64,000 nucleotides of DNA from Candidatus Eiseniibacteriota bacterium (GTDB lineage Bacteria > Eisenbacteria > RBG-16-71-46). Under the pieces are notes generated by a model that was not told where the DNA came from, did not search any database, and saw nothing but the letters and a program-made list of their open reading frames with translations. Position 1 is the stretch's first letter, and each line of letters opens with the position of its first letter. Positions 14,357-24,823 of this stretch are shown here, one piece after another. The stretch lies in the NCBI GenBank assembly GCA_963725865.1, contig CAVSAC010000012.1, positions 640,001 to 704,000 on the forward strand. The letters run 5' to 3'. The translations under genes were made by a program, and so were the position numbers.

Positions 14357-15994
14357 ATGAACCGCCTGTCCTGCCTCCTCGCGGTGGTCGTCGCGCTCGC
14401 GGCCAACGGCGCGAGCGCCGCCCCCGCCGACCTCGACCCCAGCTTCGGATCGAGCGGGATCGTCCTGACCGACGTCGCCGCCGGCTTCGACAATGCCCGC
14501 GACGCGCTGCTGCTGCCGGGCGGGCGGATTCTGGTGTGCGGGAACGCGTCGTCAGGGTCGACCGCCTCGTTCCTGCTGGTGCGCTATGGGTCGGACGGCG
14601 TGGTCGACGCGACCTTCGGCCCCAACGGCAACGGCCGGGTGACGACGGTGATCCCCTCGGCGACCTCGTGCGAGGCCACCAGTCTCGCGCTGCAGAACGA
14701 CGGCCACATCCTGGTGGCCGGGCACGTGACGATCTCGGGCAGCCGCTACTCGGCGCTCGCGCGCTACGACTCGACCGGCGCGCTCGACACCGCGTGGGGC
14801 GCGCTCGGGCGGGTGACGCAACTGATCGGAGCCCAGGGCGACGTGTGGGACGTGCTGGTGCAGCCCGACGACAAGATCGTGCTCGCCGGCGCGTTCCGGA
14901 TCAGCGGCTCCATCACGTACATGGGGCTGCGGCGCTACCTGCCCGATGGCACGCCCGACGCCACATTCGGGGCCGGCGGGACGGTCACCCGCGGGCCCGG
15001 GGTCGACAATCGCTGCTATGCGATCGCGCTGGCCGACAGCGGCAAGCTGATGGCGGTCGGCACCACGCAGCTCAGCGCGGGGGCCGACCAGTTCCTCACG
15101 TTCCGCTTCAACGCCAACGGCACGCCCGACTCCTCGTTCGCCACGTTCGGGCGCGCGATCACGTCGCTGTCGGTACTGCGCCACTTCGCGACCGACGTCG
15201 AGGTGCTGCCCGACCGGCGCATCCTGGTGGGTGGCTACGTCGGGGCGGCCAGCGACCTGACGCACGACTACGCGGTCGCGCGCTTCCGGCCCAACGGCAC
15301 GCTTGACCCGCTGTTCGGCAGCGGCGGGATCTCGATCACGCCGAACGTCGGTCTCACGACCGGCTTCTCGTTCCTCGAGGACCTGCTCGTGCTCCCGGAC
15401 GGCAAGCTGCTGCTGGCCGGGCAGGCCACCAACCTCGGCTCGTCGGACGACTTCGCGATGGTCCGCATGGACAGCAGCGGCACCGTCGACCCCGCGTTCG
15501 GCACCAACGGCATGGCGTTCACCGACGTCTCGGGCGGCGGCCGCGACACGCCCTACCGCGCGCTGCTGCAGCCCGACGGCCGCATCGTGCTGGCGGGCGG
15601 CGCCGGCACCAGCCTGTTCCCCGGCGGCTCGCAGGTCGCGCTCACGCGCTACCTCGGCGATGCGCCGACCGCCGGCGTCGGCCGGCCGCCGCTCGCGGCT
15701 GGAACGCTCGCGCTCGCGCTGGCGGGGCCGAACCCGTTCCGCGCGGGCACGGCACTCGTCTACAGCCTGCCTCGCGCGAGCGCGGTCGCGCTGCGCGTCT
15801 TCGACGTCGAGGGCCGCGCGGTCGCCACGCTCGTGCTCGGCGATCAGCCGGCGGGCGAGCACCACGTCGCCTGGGACGGCTCCGTCGCGGGCGGCGCGAG
15901 TGCCCCCGCCGGGCTCTACTTCGCGCGGCTCGAGGCGCGCGCCGCGGGCGAGGCGATGCGTGGCGCGACGCGCCGACTGGTGCGCGTGCTGTAG
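14357..15994 (+). CDS. Secreted delta-60-repeat (DUF5122-like) beta-propeller protein with C-terminal FlgD-Ig domain
   Basis: Signal peptide, about seven repeats of QPDGKI(V/L)LAG...RY..DG.LD.TFG..G, and C-terminal PNPF...VFDVEGRAVATL...WDG...GLYFARL. Confidence 0.85.
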   Translation: MNRLSCLLAVVVALAANGASAAPADLDPSFGSSGIVLTDVAAGFDNARDALLLPGGRILVCGNASSGSTASFLLVRYGSDGVVDATFGPNGNGRVTTVIPSATSCEATSLALQNDGHILVAGHVTISGSRYSALARYDSTGALDTAWGALGRVTQLIGAQGDVWDVLVQPDDKIVLAGAFRISGSITYMGLRRYLPDGTPDATFGAGGTVTRGPGVDNRCYAIALADSGKLMAVGTTQLSAGADQFLTFRFNANGTPDSSFATFGRAITSLSVLRHFATDVEVLPDRRILVGGYVGAASDLTHDYAVARFRPNGTLDPLFGSGGISITPNVGLTTGFSFLEDLLVLPDGKLLLAGQATNLGSSDDFAMVRMDSSGTVDPAFGTNGMAFTDVSGGGRDTPYRALLQPDGRIVLAGGAGTSLFPGGSQVALTRYLGDAPTAGVGRPPLAAGTLALALAGPNPFRAGTALVYSLPRASAVALRVFDVEGRAVATLVLGDQPAGEHHVAWDGSVAGGASAPAGLYFARLEARAAGEAMRGATRRLVRVL

Positions 15995-16108
15995 CGCTGC
16001 CGCCGTCACGGTTCGAATCGCGATGCCCGCCGAAATCCTCTGGGCCTCGTTCGAATCGACGCGCGCGAACGCGGACCCCCGCTCCCGAAGCGGGACGATG
16101 GACGCGAG

Positions 16109-16136
16109 CGCCCCGGCGGCCTAGGCTGCCGGGGCG
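16109..16136. other. GC-rich hairpin
   Basis: CGCCCCGGCGGC-CTAG-GCTGCCGGGGCG, a 12-bp stem with one G.U pair. Confidence 0.5.
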
Positions 16137-16181
16137 TCCACATGGACCGGGAAGTCGCGTCCGAAGAGAGGGAGCGCGCCC

Positions 16182-17348
16182 ATGAGGGATCGAACGGCGC
16201 GGATGCTCGGGAAACTATGTCCGTCCTGCGCCGCATTGGCGGTGGGCGTCCTCATCGCGTGGGTGCCGATCGCGGTCGCCCGCACGGAGCCCCCGCCCGA
16301 TTCGGAAGCACCATGGGAGTCGGGCCTGCTCGGCGACCTGAGGCGTGCGGATGCCGTCGTCGGCGTGCGCATGCTGTCGCAGCGAACGGATTCGAGCGCG
16401 CAGACCCGAGAGCATTCCGAGGGCGAGGAAGTGACGGTCGCCCGGGTCGAGATTCGCGAGGTGTTCAAGGGCCGGGGGATCGCGGCCGGCGAGCGTCTGA
16501 CGGTGCGCACGAGCCCCGATGGCCTGCACTGCCGGACGGCGCGGTTTCAGGAGTATGGGTGGGATGGGTACGGATTGGAGTGGCTGCCCGAGGACGGCGA
16601 GGATGTGGTGCTCGTCCTGCGGACGGTTCGCGAGGGGACGGAGGTGTTCCGAGCGTTCAGTGGCACACCGTCCACGACGCGTGCCTGGTGCGCGGCGGCT
16701 GCGAAGAGCCCGTCAGAAGCAGCGCTCCGACTGACCGAGATCCTGTGTCGGGAGTCGACCGTTCGAGGAGCATCGGCACCGAGCTCCTGGTACGTGGCGG
16801 CATGGGATGAATGGTATCGATTCGCGCCGTGGCTGGATCGCAGCGGGCCGGCCTATCGCGAGATCATCGACCGATTCGAAGCCACTGCGATCAACAGGGC
16901 TCGGGGAGAATCCTGGTCGGCACTCGGTTGGCTCGCGCAAGAGCTTCGCGAACCGGCCCGCCGTCGGCTGGTCGGCGAGCTGGTCGCGCGCTGTGACTCG
17001 GCGAACGCGCGCCTCGAGCGCCACGCACATGAGATCCGGGCGGACTCGATACGCTACGCCGAGGCGCTCGCCCGGGCGACGCCCGCGGAACGCAAACGGA
17101 TGGAGGCGGCGATGCGGATGCTCGACCCGCCGGTGAATGATCCGCTCGCGCCCGAGGTCCGGCTCGCGTGGATCGCCCCCAACATCATGGAAGCGTGCTT
17201 GGACTCCGCCGCCGCGCGGCGCCGCGTGCGGGCGGGACGCCCCCTGAGCGAGGAGGAACGGGCCACGATCCTCGCGCGTGCCCGCGAGTGGTCGCGCCCC
17301 GGCGGTTCGGATCGCGAGCGATCCCCAGCGTCAGCGCGCCGGCGCTGA
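16182..17348 (+). CDS. Hypothetical exported protein
   Basis: 388-aa ORF that fills the intergenic space, with GGAG upstream and a hydrophobic N-terminal segment. Third-position codon usage is more relaxed than in neighbouring genes. Confidence 0.55.
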   Translation: MRDRTARMLGKLCPSCAALAVGVLIAWVPIAVARTEPPPDSEAPWESGLLGDLRRADAVVGVRMLSQRTDSSAQTREHSEGEEVTVARVEIREVFKGRGIAAGERLTVRTSPDGLHCRTARFQEYGWDGYGLEWLPEDGEDVVLVLRTVREGTEVFRAFSGTPSTTRAWCAAAAKSPSEAALRLTEILCRESTVRGASAPSSWYVAAWDEWYRFAPWLDRSGPAYREIIDRFEATAINRARGESWSALGWLAQELREPARRRLVGELVARCDSANARLERHAHEIRADSIRYAEALARATPAERKRMEAAMRMLDPPVNDPLAPEVRLAWIAPNIMEACLDSAAARRRVRAGRPLSEEERATILARAREWSRPGGSDRERSPASARRR

Positions 17349-17540
17349 CACTCGGGGTTGCTGAAGCGTCGGGGTGCTCGCCCGCTGGTGCCGGGTGGTC
17401 CCGCGCTGGTGCGAAACAGCGGGACCACGCCGCTCCGGGCAGCATGCGCGGATGCTAGCCTGCGCGCGGTCGCGCCCCGGGCGCGCCGAAAACCCATGCG
17501 CACCCGCCGCCGCCGAGTGGCGCTCCCCCGAGGAGGCCTC

Positions 17541-20500
17541 ATGATCCGCCCCGATTCGCGCCGCGCGCTGGCACTCGTCGCGCTGCTGGTCGCGACGCTC
17601 GCATCCGCGGGCGCCGCACACGCCGCCGAGCGCGCGCTGTGGCTGCGCCAGCCGTCGATCTCGCCCGACGGCGCGGCCATCGTGTTCTCGTACCGCGGCA
17701 ACCTGTGGAAGGTGCCGGCCGCGGGCGGGCTCGCGACGCCGATGACGGTGGGGAAGTCCTACAACACGACCCCGGTGTGGTCGCCCGACGGCACGCGCAT
17801 CGCGTTCGCGTCCGACCGCAACGGGAACTTCGACGTGTACGTGATGCCCGCCGAGGGCGGTGAGGCCACGCGCCTCACGTTCCACTCGGCCGACGAGGTA
17901 CCGACCTCGTTCACCCCCGACGGCAAGGCGGTGCTCGTCAGCGCCGCCATCCTCGACGCGCCGTCCAACGCGCAGTTCCCGCACTCGGTGAAGCCCGAGC
18001 TCTATAGCGTCGGCCTCGACGCCTCGCAGCCGGTGCAGGTGCTCACCACGCCGGCGCTCTACGCGGTGTACGACCGCGCCGGCAAGCGCCTCGCGTACTC
18101 CGATCAGCGCGGGTTCGAGATGGAATGGCGCAAGCACGACACCTCGTCGTTCGCACGCGACGTGTGGCTCTTCGACGTGGCGAGCGGCCGTCACACCCGA
18201 CTCACCGGGTTCGGCGTCGACGACCGGCAGCCGGTGTGGGCGCCCGACCAGCGTTCGCTCTACTACCTTTCGGAGCGCAGCGGCACGTTCAACGTGTGGC
18301 TGCTGAACACCGCCGAGCCCGCCCACCCGGTGCAGATCACCACGCACGCGCGCTCGCCGGTGCGCTTCCTCTCGGTATCGGCGAAGGGCGACCTGTGCTA
18401 CGCGTACGATGGCGAGCTGTGGGTGCGCGCCGCGGGCGAGCGCGAGAGTCGGAAGCTCGACGTCACCGTGGCGACCGATCGCCGCGACCGCACGGTCGAG
18501 CCCGTCGACGTGACCACGCAGGCGACCGAGATCGCGCTCTCGCCGAGCGGCGACGAGATCGCGTTCGTGGCGCGCGGGGAGGTGTTCGTCGCCAGCACCG
18601 AGCACGGCACCACGCGCCGCATCACGGACACGCCGGAGCAGGAGCGATCGGTGGCGTTCTCGCCCGACGGCCGCGCGCTGCTCTACGCCGCCGAGCGCGA
18701 CGGGCACTGGAAGCTCTACCGTACCGACCTGCGCGATCCGGACGAGCCAGCGTTCTTCAACGCCACCGCGCTCCGCGAGACGCTGGTGCTGGCGACCGAT
18801 GGCGAGGTCTTCCAGCCCCAGTACTCGCCCGACGGCCACGAGATCGCCTACCTGCGCGACCGCACCACGATCGAGGTGCTCGACCTGCGCACGGGCAAGC
18901 GCCACGAGGTGCTGGCGGGCAACCTCAACTACTCGTACTCCGATGGCGACGAGTGGTTCCGCTGGTCGCCGGACGGCCGCTGGCTGGCGGTGACGTTCCT
19001 GAGCCACGGCCGCTGGTCGAACGAGGTCGGGCTGGTGCCGGCCGCCGGCGGCGCTCCGCCGGTGAACCTGACGCACAGCGGCTACGAGGACGAGTCGCCG
19101 GTGTGGGCGCGCAAGGGTGAGGTGCTGATCTGGCGTACCGACAAGCTCGGGCTGCGCGCTCAGGGGGGCGGCGGCCGCGAGCAGGATGTGTACGCCGCGT
19201 TCCTGACCACCCGGGCATACGACCGCTTCCGCCTCGACGAGGCCGCGTACGATCAGCTGACGGAGCGTGAGAAGGACAAGGACAAGGACAAGGGTGCCCG
19301 CGATGGAGCGGGCAAGGGCGGCGCGGGCAAGCCGGGTGACAAGCCGTCGGATGCTCCGAAGCCGAAGCTCGCCGATCCGGTCGCGATCGAGTTCGACGGG
19401 CTCGACGACCGCATCGTGCGCCTGTCGCTCAACTCGGCCGACCTCGCGGGCGCGGCGCTCACGCCCGACGGCGAGACGCTCGTCTACCTCGCGCGTTTCG
19501 AGAAGGGCTACGACCTGTGGAAGTACGTGCCGCGCTCGAAGGAGGTCAAGCTGGTGGCGAAGCTGGGCGCCAACGAGGCGTCCTTCGAGCTGGACGCCGA
19601 CGGCAAGAAGGCGTTCGTGCTGGCCGACGGCAGGCTCTCGAAGGTCGAGCTCGAGTCGGGCAAGAGCACGCCGATCGGGGCGAGCGCCCGCATGGACCTG
19701 CGCGCCGCCGACGAGCGCGCGTACCTGTTCGACCACATCTGGCGCCAGACGTTCGAGAAGTTCCACGACGTGAAGATGCACGGCGTCGATTGGCCCGCGG
19801 TGCGGGCCGAGTACGCGCGCTTCCTGCCCGCCATCGACAACTCGCGCGACTTCGCCGAGCTGATCTCCGAGATGCAGGGCGAGCTGAACTCCTCGCATAG
19901 CGGCGGACGCTACCGCCCGACGCGCACCGACGGCGACGAGACCGCGGCGCTCGGCATCTTCCCCGATCCGCGGCACACCGGCGACGGAATCGCCATCGCC
20001 GAAGTGCTCGAGGGCGGTCCGCTGCAGAAGGCGGGCACGAAGGTGAAGGCCGGCACGATCATCGAGTCGATCGACGGCCAGCGCATCGCCGCCGGAGCCG
20101 AGTGGTACCACCTGCTCAACCGCAAGGCCGACGTGCCGGTGCGGCTCGCGCTCTCCGACGGTCGCGGCGGGCGCTGGGAAGAGACGGTCAAGCCGATCGC
20201 GTGGAGCGCGCAGCAGCGCCTGCTCTACCTGCGCTGGCTCAAGAATCGCCGCGAGCTGGTGGACCGCCTGTCGGGCGGCCGCATCGGCTACGCGCACATC
20301 CGCGGTATGAACGACGGCGCGTATCGCGAGATGTACGAGGAGGTGTTCGGGCGCTCGGTCGACAAGGAGGCCATTGTGCTCGACACCCGCTTCAACGGCG
20401 GCGGCAACCTGGTCGAGGCGCTCACCGTGCTGCTGGGCGGCCGGCAGTATGCCCGCCAGATCCCACGCGGCCAGCCGGTGGGAGCCGAGCCCTCGAACCG

Positions 20501-20837
20501 CTGGACCAAGCCGTCGATCGTGGTGATGAGCGAGGGCAACTACTCCGACGCGCACTGCTTCCCGATGGCCTACACCCAGCTCGGCCTCGGCGAGACCGTC
20601 GGCATGCAGGTGCCCGGCACCTGCACGTCGGTGTGGTGGGAGCGCCTGCAGGACCGCGACCTGGTGTTCGGCATCCCCGAGGTCACGATGCTCGACACGC
20701 AGGGTGACGTGATGGAGAACAAGCACCTCGATCCGACGTACGAGGTCGAGCCGGACCCCGCGCTGCTCGCGCAGGGCCGCGACCAGCAGCTCGAGAAGGC
20801 GGTCGAGGTGATGCTGTCGAAGCTGCCGGCGAAGTAG
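17541..20837 (+). CDS. Tricorn-like S41 family peptidase (PD40 propellers, PDZ, S41 catalytic domain)
   Basis: ATG 17541 follows GAGGAGG. Signal peptide, SPDG repeats, GELNSSH, IGYAHIRGM, LDTRFNGGG and NYSDAH (catalytic Ser), then DQQLEKAV. Confidence 0.92.
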   Translation: MIRPDSRRALALVALLVATLASAGAAHAAERALWLRQPSISPDGAAIVFSYRGNLWKVPAAGGLATPMTVGKSYNTTPVWSPDGTRIAFASDRNGNFDVYVMPAEGGEATRLTFHSADEVPTSFTPDGKAVLVSAAILDAPSNAQFPHSVKPELYSVGLDASQPVQVLTTPALYAVYDRAGKRLAYSDQRGFEMEWRKHDTSSFARDVWLFDVASGRHTRLTGFGVDDRQPVWAPDQRSLYYLSERSGTFNVWLLNTAEPAHPVQITTHARSPVRFLSVSAKGDLCYAYDGELWVRAAGERESRKLDVTVATDRRDRTVEPVDVTTQATEIALSPSGDEIAFVARGEVFVASTEHGTTRRITDTPEQERSVAFSPDGRALLYAAERDGHWKLYRTDLRDPDEPAFFNATALRETLVLATDGEVFQPQYSPDGHEIAYLRDRTTIEVLDLRTGKRHEVLAGNLNYSYSDGDEWFRWSPDGRWLAVTFLSHGRWSNEVGLVPAAGGAPPVNLTHSGYEDESPVWARKGEVLIWRTDKLGLRAQGGGGREQDVYAAFLTTRAYDRFRLDEAAYDQLTEREKDKDKDKGARDGAGKGGAGKPGDKPSDAPKPKLADPVAIEFDGLDDRIVRLSLNSADLAGAALTPDGETLVYLARFEKGYDLWKYVPRSKEVKLVAKLGANEASFELDADGKKAFVLADGRLSKVELESGKSTPIGASARMDLRAADERAYLFDHIWRQTFEKFHDVKMHGVDWPAVRAEYARFLPAIDNSRDFAELISEMQGELNSSHSGGRYRPTRTDGDETAALGIFPDPRHTGDGIAIAEVLEGGPLQKAGTKVKAGTIIESIDGQRIAAGAEWYHLLNRKADVPVRLALSDGRGGRWEETVKPIAWSAQQRLLYLRWLKNRRELVDRLSGGRIGYAHIRGMNDGAYREMYEEVFGRSVDKEAIVLDTRFNGGGNLVEALTVLLGGRQYARQIPRGQPVGAEPSNRWTKPSIVVMSEGNYSDAHCFPMAYTQLGLGETVGMQVPGTCTSVWWERLQDRDLVFGIPEVTMLDTQGDVMENKHLDPTYEVEPDPALLAQGRDQQLEKAVEVMLSKLPAK

Positions 20838-20885
20838 CCACCGGCACGAACGCGACGCCGGCTCTCCCGGCGATGGGATCGCCCG

Positions 20886-22136
20886 CTAGTAGAGCAGCCG
20901 CGTGCGCAGCGTCCCGTCGATGGCGGCGAGCTCTTTCTGCAGCGTGCGCGTGTCGGCGCGCCCGGCCGGATCGACGTCGATGACCACGTAGCCGATCTGC
21001 GCGTCGGTCTGCAGGTACTGGGCGGCCACGTTCACCCTGCGGCGCGAGAACACCTCGTTCACCTGCGCCAGCATGCCGGGACGGTTGCGGTGGATGTGGA
21101 GCAGTCGGTGCTTGCCGGCGTGCTCCGGCAGCGCGACCTCGGGGAAGTTCACCGACGTCAGCGTGGAGCCGTTGTTGGAGTAGCGCAGCAGCTTCTCCGC
21201 AACCTCGAGGCCGATGTTCTCCTGCGCCTCGGCCGTGCTGCCCCCGACGTGAGGCGTGAGGATCGCGTTCTCGAACTCCCGCAGCGGCGACTCGAACGAC
21301 TCGGCGTTGGACTCGGGCTCGTGCGGGAACACGTCGATCGCCGCCCCCGCCAGGTGCCCCGACGACAGCGCCGCGGCGACCGCGTCGAGGTCCACGACGC
21401 TGCCGCGCGAGGCGTTGATCAGCGCGGCACCTGGCTTCATGCGCGCGAGCTGCTTCGCTGCGATCATGCGGCGGGTCTGGGGCGTCTCGGGCACGTGCAG
21501 CGTGACGACGTCGGCGCGCTCGAGCAGCGCCTCCAGCGAGCGCACCGAGGTGGCGTTGCCGAGCGCCAGCTGGGTGACGATGTCGTGGTAGAGGACCTGC
21601 ATGCCGAGCGACTCCGCGAGCAGCCCGACCTGGGTGCCGATGTGCCCGTAGCCCACGATGCCGAGCACCTTGCCGCGCGCCTCGCGGGCGCCGGCGGCGG
21701 ACTTGATCCAGTCCCCGCGGTGGGCGGCCGCGTTCTTGGCCGGGATGCCGCGCAGCAGGAACACCACCTCCGCCAGCACCAGCTCGGCGACGCTGCGGGT
21801 GTTCGAGAACGGCGCGTTGAACACCGGCACGCCGCGCATCCGCGCCGTGGCGAGGTCGACCTGGTTGGTCCCGATGCAGAAGCAGCCGATCGCCATCAGC
21901 TTGGGCGCCGCCTCGAGCGCGGCCGCGGTCACCTGCGTGCGCGAGCGGATGCCGAGGATGTGCACGCCGGCCAGCGCCGCCGCCAGCCGGTCCGCGGACA
22001 GCGACTTCTCGATCAGCGTGACGCGCGAGTAGCCGTCGCCCTCGAACAGCTCGACGGCACTGCGATGCACGCCCTCGAGGAGCAGGACCTGGATGCGATC
22101 CTTGCCGAGCGAGGTGCGCGGGCGGGGGGCAGTCAT
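20886..22136 (-). CDS. serA: D-3-phosphoglycerate dehydrogenase (type II, with ACT domain)
   Basis: Motifs SLGKDRIQVLLLEGVH, GIRSRT, FCIGTNQVD, NAPFSNTRSVAE, GYGHIG, TPHVGGST and HRNRPGML. Confidence 0.96.
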   Translation of the reverse strand: MTAPRPRTSLGKDRIQVLLLEGVHRSAVELFEGDGYSRVTLIEKSLSADRLAAALAGVHILGIRSRTQVTAAALEAAPKLMAIGCFCIGTNQVDLATARMRGVPVFNAPFSNTRSVAELVLAEVVFLLRGIPAKNAAAHRGDWIKSAAGAREARGKVLGIVGYGHIGTQVGLLAESLGMQVLYHDIVTQLALGNATSVRSLEALLERADVVTLHVPETPQTRRMIAAKQLARMKPGAALINASRGSVVDLDAVAAALSSGHLAGAAIDVFPHEPESNAESFESPLREFENAILTPHVGGSTAEAQENIGLEVAEKLLRYSNNGSTLTSVNFPEVALPEHAGKHRLLHIHRNRPGMLAQVNEVFSRRRVNVAAQYLQTDAQIGYVVIDVDPAGRADTRTLQKELAAIDGTLRTRLLY

Positions 22137-22220
22137 GCGGGCGACTATGCACGAGCGCGGGAGCGAGCGACAAGGCGGTGCCCCGGCACGGGAAGCGCAG
22201 CCCGCGAGCGCCTCCGAGCC

Positions 22221-22250
22221 TTGACCTGCGCCGGAGGTCGCCCGTAACGT
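22221..22250 (+). promoter_or_regulatory. Candidate sigma70 promoter for the cco operon
   Basis: TTGACC-N18-TAACGT. No clear FNR box seen. Confidence 0.35.
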
Positions 22251-22448
22251 AGCGGCCCGAACGGGCCCCCCAAGCCTGCACCCCCAACGAGCAAAGGAAT
22301 GCGCTCGATTCTCGTCGTGCCTGCGCCTCGCGTCCGCGTTCCGGCGGTTCGGAGCGCGCCCCCGCCCCAACGCGACACCTGATCCACTCGAGGGCCCGTG
22401 CCCGGCCCCTGCCGGGGCGCGGATGAAGGATTCCACCCAGGAGACGTG

Positions 22449-24629
22449 ATGAACGTCCGACTCGAATCGTTCAAGTACGACGACGCGATCGTGCGCAAGT
22501 TCATGACCGCGACCTTCGTCTGGGGATTCGTGGGCATGCTGGTCGGCCTCCTCATCGCGCTGCAGCTCGCGGTGCCGAGCCTCAACCTGCCCCCGTTCCT
22601 GACCTTCGGCCGGCTGCGACCGCTGCACACGAACGCGGTCATCTTCGCGTTCGCGGGCAACGCGATCTTCTGCGGGATCTACTACTCGAGCCAGCGCCTG
22701 CTCAAGGCGCGGATGTTCTCGGACCTGCTGAGCCAGCTGCACTTCTGGGGCTGGCAGCTCATCATCGTGAGCGCGGCGCTCACGCTGCCGCTCGGATTCA
22801 CGCAGGCCAAGGAATACGCCGAACTGGAGTGGCCGATCGACATCGCGATCGCCGTCGTGTGGGTGATCTTCGCCGTGAACTTCTTCGGCACGATCGCGCG
22901 GCGGCGCGAGCGCCACCTGTACGTGGCGATCTGGTTCTACATCGCGAGCATCCTCACGGTCGCGATCCTGCACATCTTCAACAACCTCGCGGTGCCGGCG
23001 GCGGCGTTCAAGAGCTACCCGATCTACGCGGGGGTGCAGGACGCGTTCATGCAGTGGTGGTACGGCCACAACGCGGTGGCGTTCTTCCTCACCACCCCGT
23101 TCCTCGGGCTCATGTACTACTTCATGCCCAAGGCCGCCGAGCGACCGGTGTTCTCGTACCGCCTCTCGATCCTCCACTTCTGGTCGCTGGTGTTCATCTA
23201 CATCTGGGCGGGCCCCCACCACCTGCACTACACGGCGCTGCCGGAGTGGGCCTCGACGCTCGGCATGCTGTTCTCGGTGATGCTGTGGATGCCGTCGTGG
23301 GGCGGCGGTGTGAACGGCCTGCTGACGCTGCGTGGCGCGTGGCACAAGGTGGTCGAGGACCCGATCCTGAAGTTCTTCGTGGTCGCGGTGACCGCCTACA
23401 TGATGGCCACGTTCGAGGGCCCGATGCTCTCGATCAAGAGCGTCAACGCGCTCGCCCACTACACGGACTGGATCATCGCGCACGTCCACACGGGCGCCCT
23501 GGGCTGGAACGGCTTCCTCACGTTCGGGATGATCTACTGGCTGCTGCCGCGGTTGTTCCAGACCCCGCTCCACAGCCGGAAGCTCGCGGAGGTGCACTTC
23601 TGGTTCGCGCTGTTCGGGATCATCCTCTACGCGGCGGCGATCTACAGCGCGGGGCTCACCCAGGGGTTGATGTGGCGCGCGTTCGACGAGACCGGACGGC
23701 TCCAGTTCCCGGACTTCATCGAGACCACGGTGCGCCTGATGCCCATGTACTGGGTGCGCGCGCTCGGCGGGACGCTCTACCTGCTGGGCATGGTGCTGTT
23801 CGGCTGGAACATCCTGATGACGTGGAAGGCACGGCCGAAGACGTACGAGGAGCCGGTCCTCCAGGCGCCGCCGCTCGAGCGGGGCGTGCGTGCGCCGGCC
23901 GCGCCGGGCGGCTTGCTCGGGCTCGGATGGCACCGTGCGTGGGAGGGGCTGCCGCTGACGTTCACGATCTGGGTGGCGGTCGCGGTCATCGTGGCGTCGT
24001 TGTTCGAGATCGTGCCCACGTTCCTGATCCGCTCCAACGTGCCGACCATCGCGTCGGTGAAACCGTACACGCCGCTCGAGCTGGCGGGCCGCGACCTGTA
24101 CATCCGCGAGGGCTGCTTCAACTGCCACTCCCAGATGATCCGGCCGCTGCGTCACGAGACGGAGCGCTACGGTGAGTACTCGAAGCCGGGCGAGTCGGTG
24201 TACGACCACCCGTTCCTGTGGGGCTCGCGCCGCATCGGGCCGGACCTCGCGCGCGAGGGCGGGAAGTACAACCACCTGTGGCACGTGCGCCACATGGAGA
24301 ACCCGCGCGCGGTCACGCCAAAGTCGATCATGCCGCCCTACGCGGGAATGCTGACCGCGCACGTGGACTTCGCCGGCATCCAGAAGCGCGTCGACGTGAT
24401 GGCGATGCTGGGCGTGCCCTACGGGGACGCGGTCCAGCACGCGCCCGAGCTGGCACGCGCGCAGGCGAAGCAGATCGCCGACGAGATCGTCGCCCAGGGC
24501 GGGCCCGCGGGGCTCGAGGACAAGGAGATCGTGGCCCTGGTCGCTTACCTGCAGCGGCTCGGCACCGACATCAAGGGGATCGGCGTCGCGCAGGCGCCGC
24601 CACCCGCCGCCGCGGAGGTCGCGCGATGA
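22449..24629 (+). CDS. ccoN: cbb3-type cytochrome c oxidase, fused subunits I/II (CcoN-CcoO)
   Basis: CcoN motifs RLRPLHTNAVIFAF, QWWYGHNAVAF, WAGPHHLH and HVH are followed in frame by CcoO motifs YIREGCFNCHSQMIRP and WGSRRIGPDL. Confidence 0.97.
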   Translation: MNVRLESFKYDDAIVRKFMTATFVWGFVGMLVGLLIALQLAVPSLNLPPFLTFGRLRPLHTNAVIFAFAGNAIFCGIYYSSQRLLKARMFSDLLSQLHFWGWQLIIVSAALTLPLGFTQAKEYAELEWPIDIAIAVVWVIFAVNFFGTIARRRERHLYVAIWFYIASILTVAILHIFNNLAVPAAAFKSYPIYAGVQDAFMQWWYGHNAVAFFLTTPFLGLMYYFMPKAAERPVFSYRLSILHFWSLVFIYIWAGPHHLHYTALPEWASTLGMLFSVMLWMPSWGGGVNGLLTLRGAWHKVVEDPILKFFVVAVTAYMMATFEGPMLSIKSVNALAHYTDWIIAHVHTGALGWNGFLTFGMIYWLLPRLFQTPLHSRKLAEVHFWFALFGIILYAAAIYSAGLTQGLMWRAFDETGRLQFPDFIETTVRLMPMYWVRALGGTLYLLGMVLFGWNILMTWKARPKTYEEPVLQAPPLERGVRAPAAPGGLLGLGWHRAWEGLPLTFTIWVAVAVIVASLFEIVPTFLIRSNVPTIASVKPYTPLELAGRDLYIREGCFNCHSQMIRPLRHETERYGEYSKPGESVYDHPFLWGSRRIGPDLAREGGKYNHLWHVRHMENPRAVTPKSIMPPYAGMLTAHVDFAGIQKRVDVMAMLGVPYGDAVQHAPELARAQAKQIADEIVAQGGPAGLEDKEIVALVAYLQRLGTDIKGIGVAQAPPPAAAEVAR

Positions 24630-24823
24630 GCCTCTCCGACCTCATGGGCCACGCCGGACTCTCGCGGTACGCCGAGGTGGGGCTCGTCCTGTTCATGATC
24701 GCGTTCGTCGCCATCGCGGTACGCACGTGCTGGCCCGGCCGCCAGCGCGAGATGGACGCGGCGGCGCGGCTGCCGCTCGACGACGACCTTCCGGGCACGA
24801 CCCGTTCAGGAGCGAACGAATGA
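24626..24823 (+). CDS. ccoQ: cbb3-type oxidase subunit CcoQ
   Basis: 65 aa, one TM helix, AARLPLDD motif, ATGA overlaps on both sides. Confidence 0.85.
   Translation: MSLSDLMGHAGLSRYAEVGLVLFMIAFVAIAVRTCWPGRQREMDAAARLPLDDDLPGTTRSGANE

Noticed and set aside
22137..22448. FNR/FixK box upstream of ccoN
   Set aside because: No convincing TTGAT-N4-ATCAA, only half-site-like matches.
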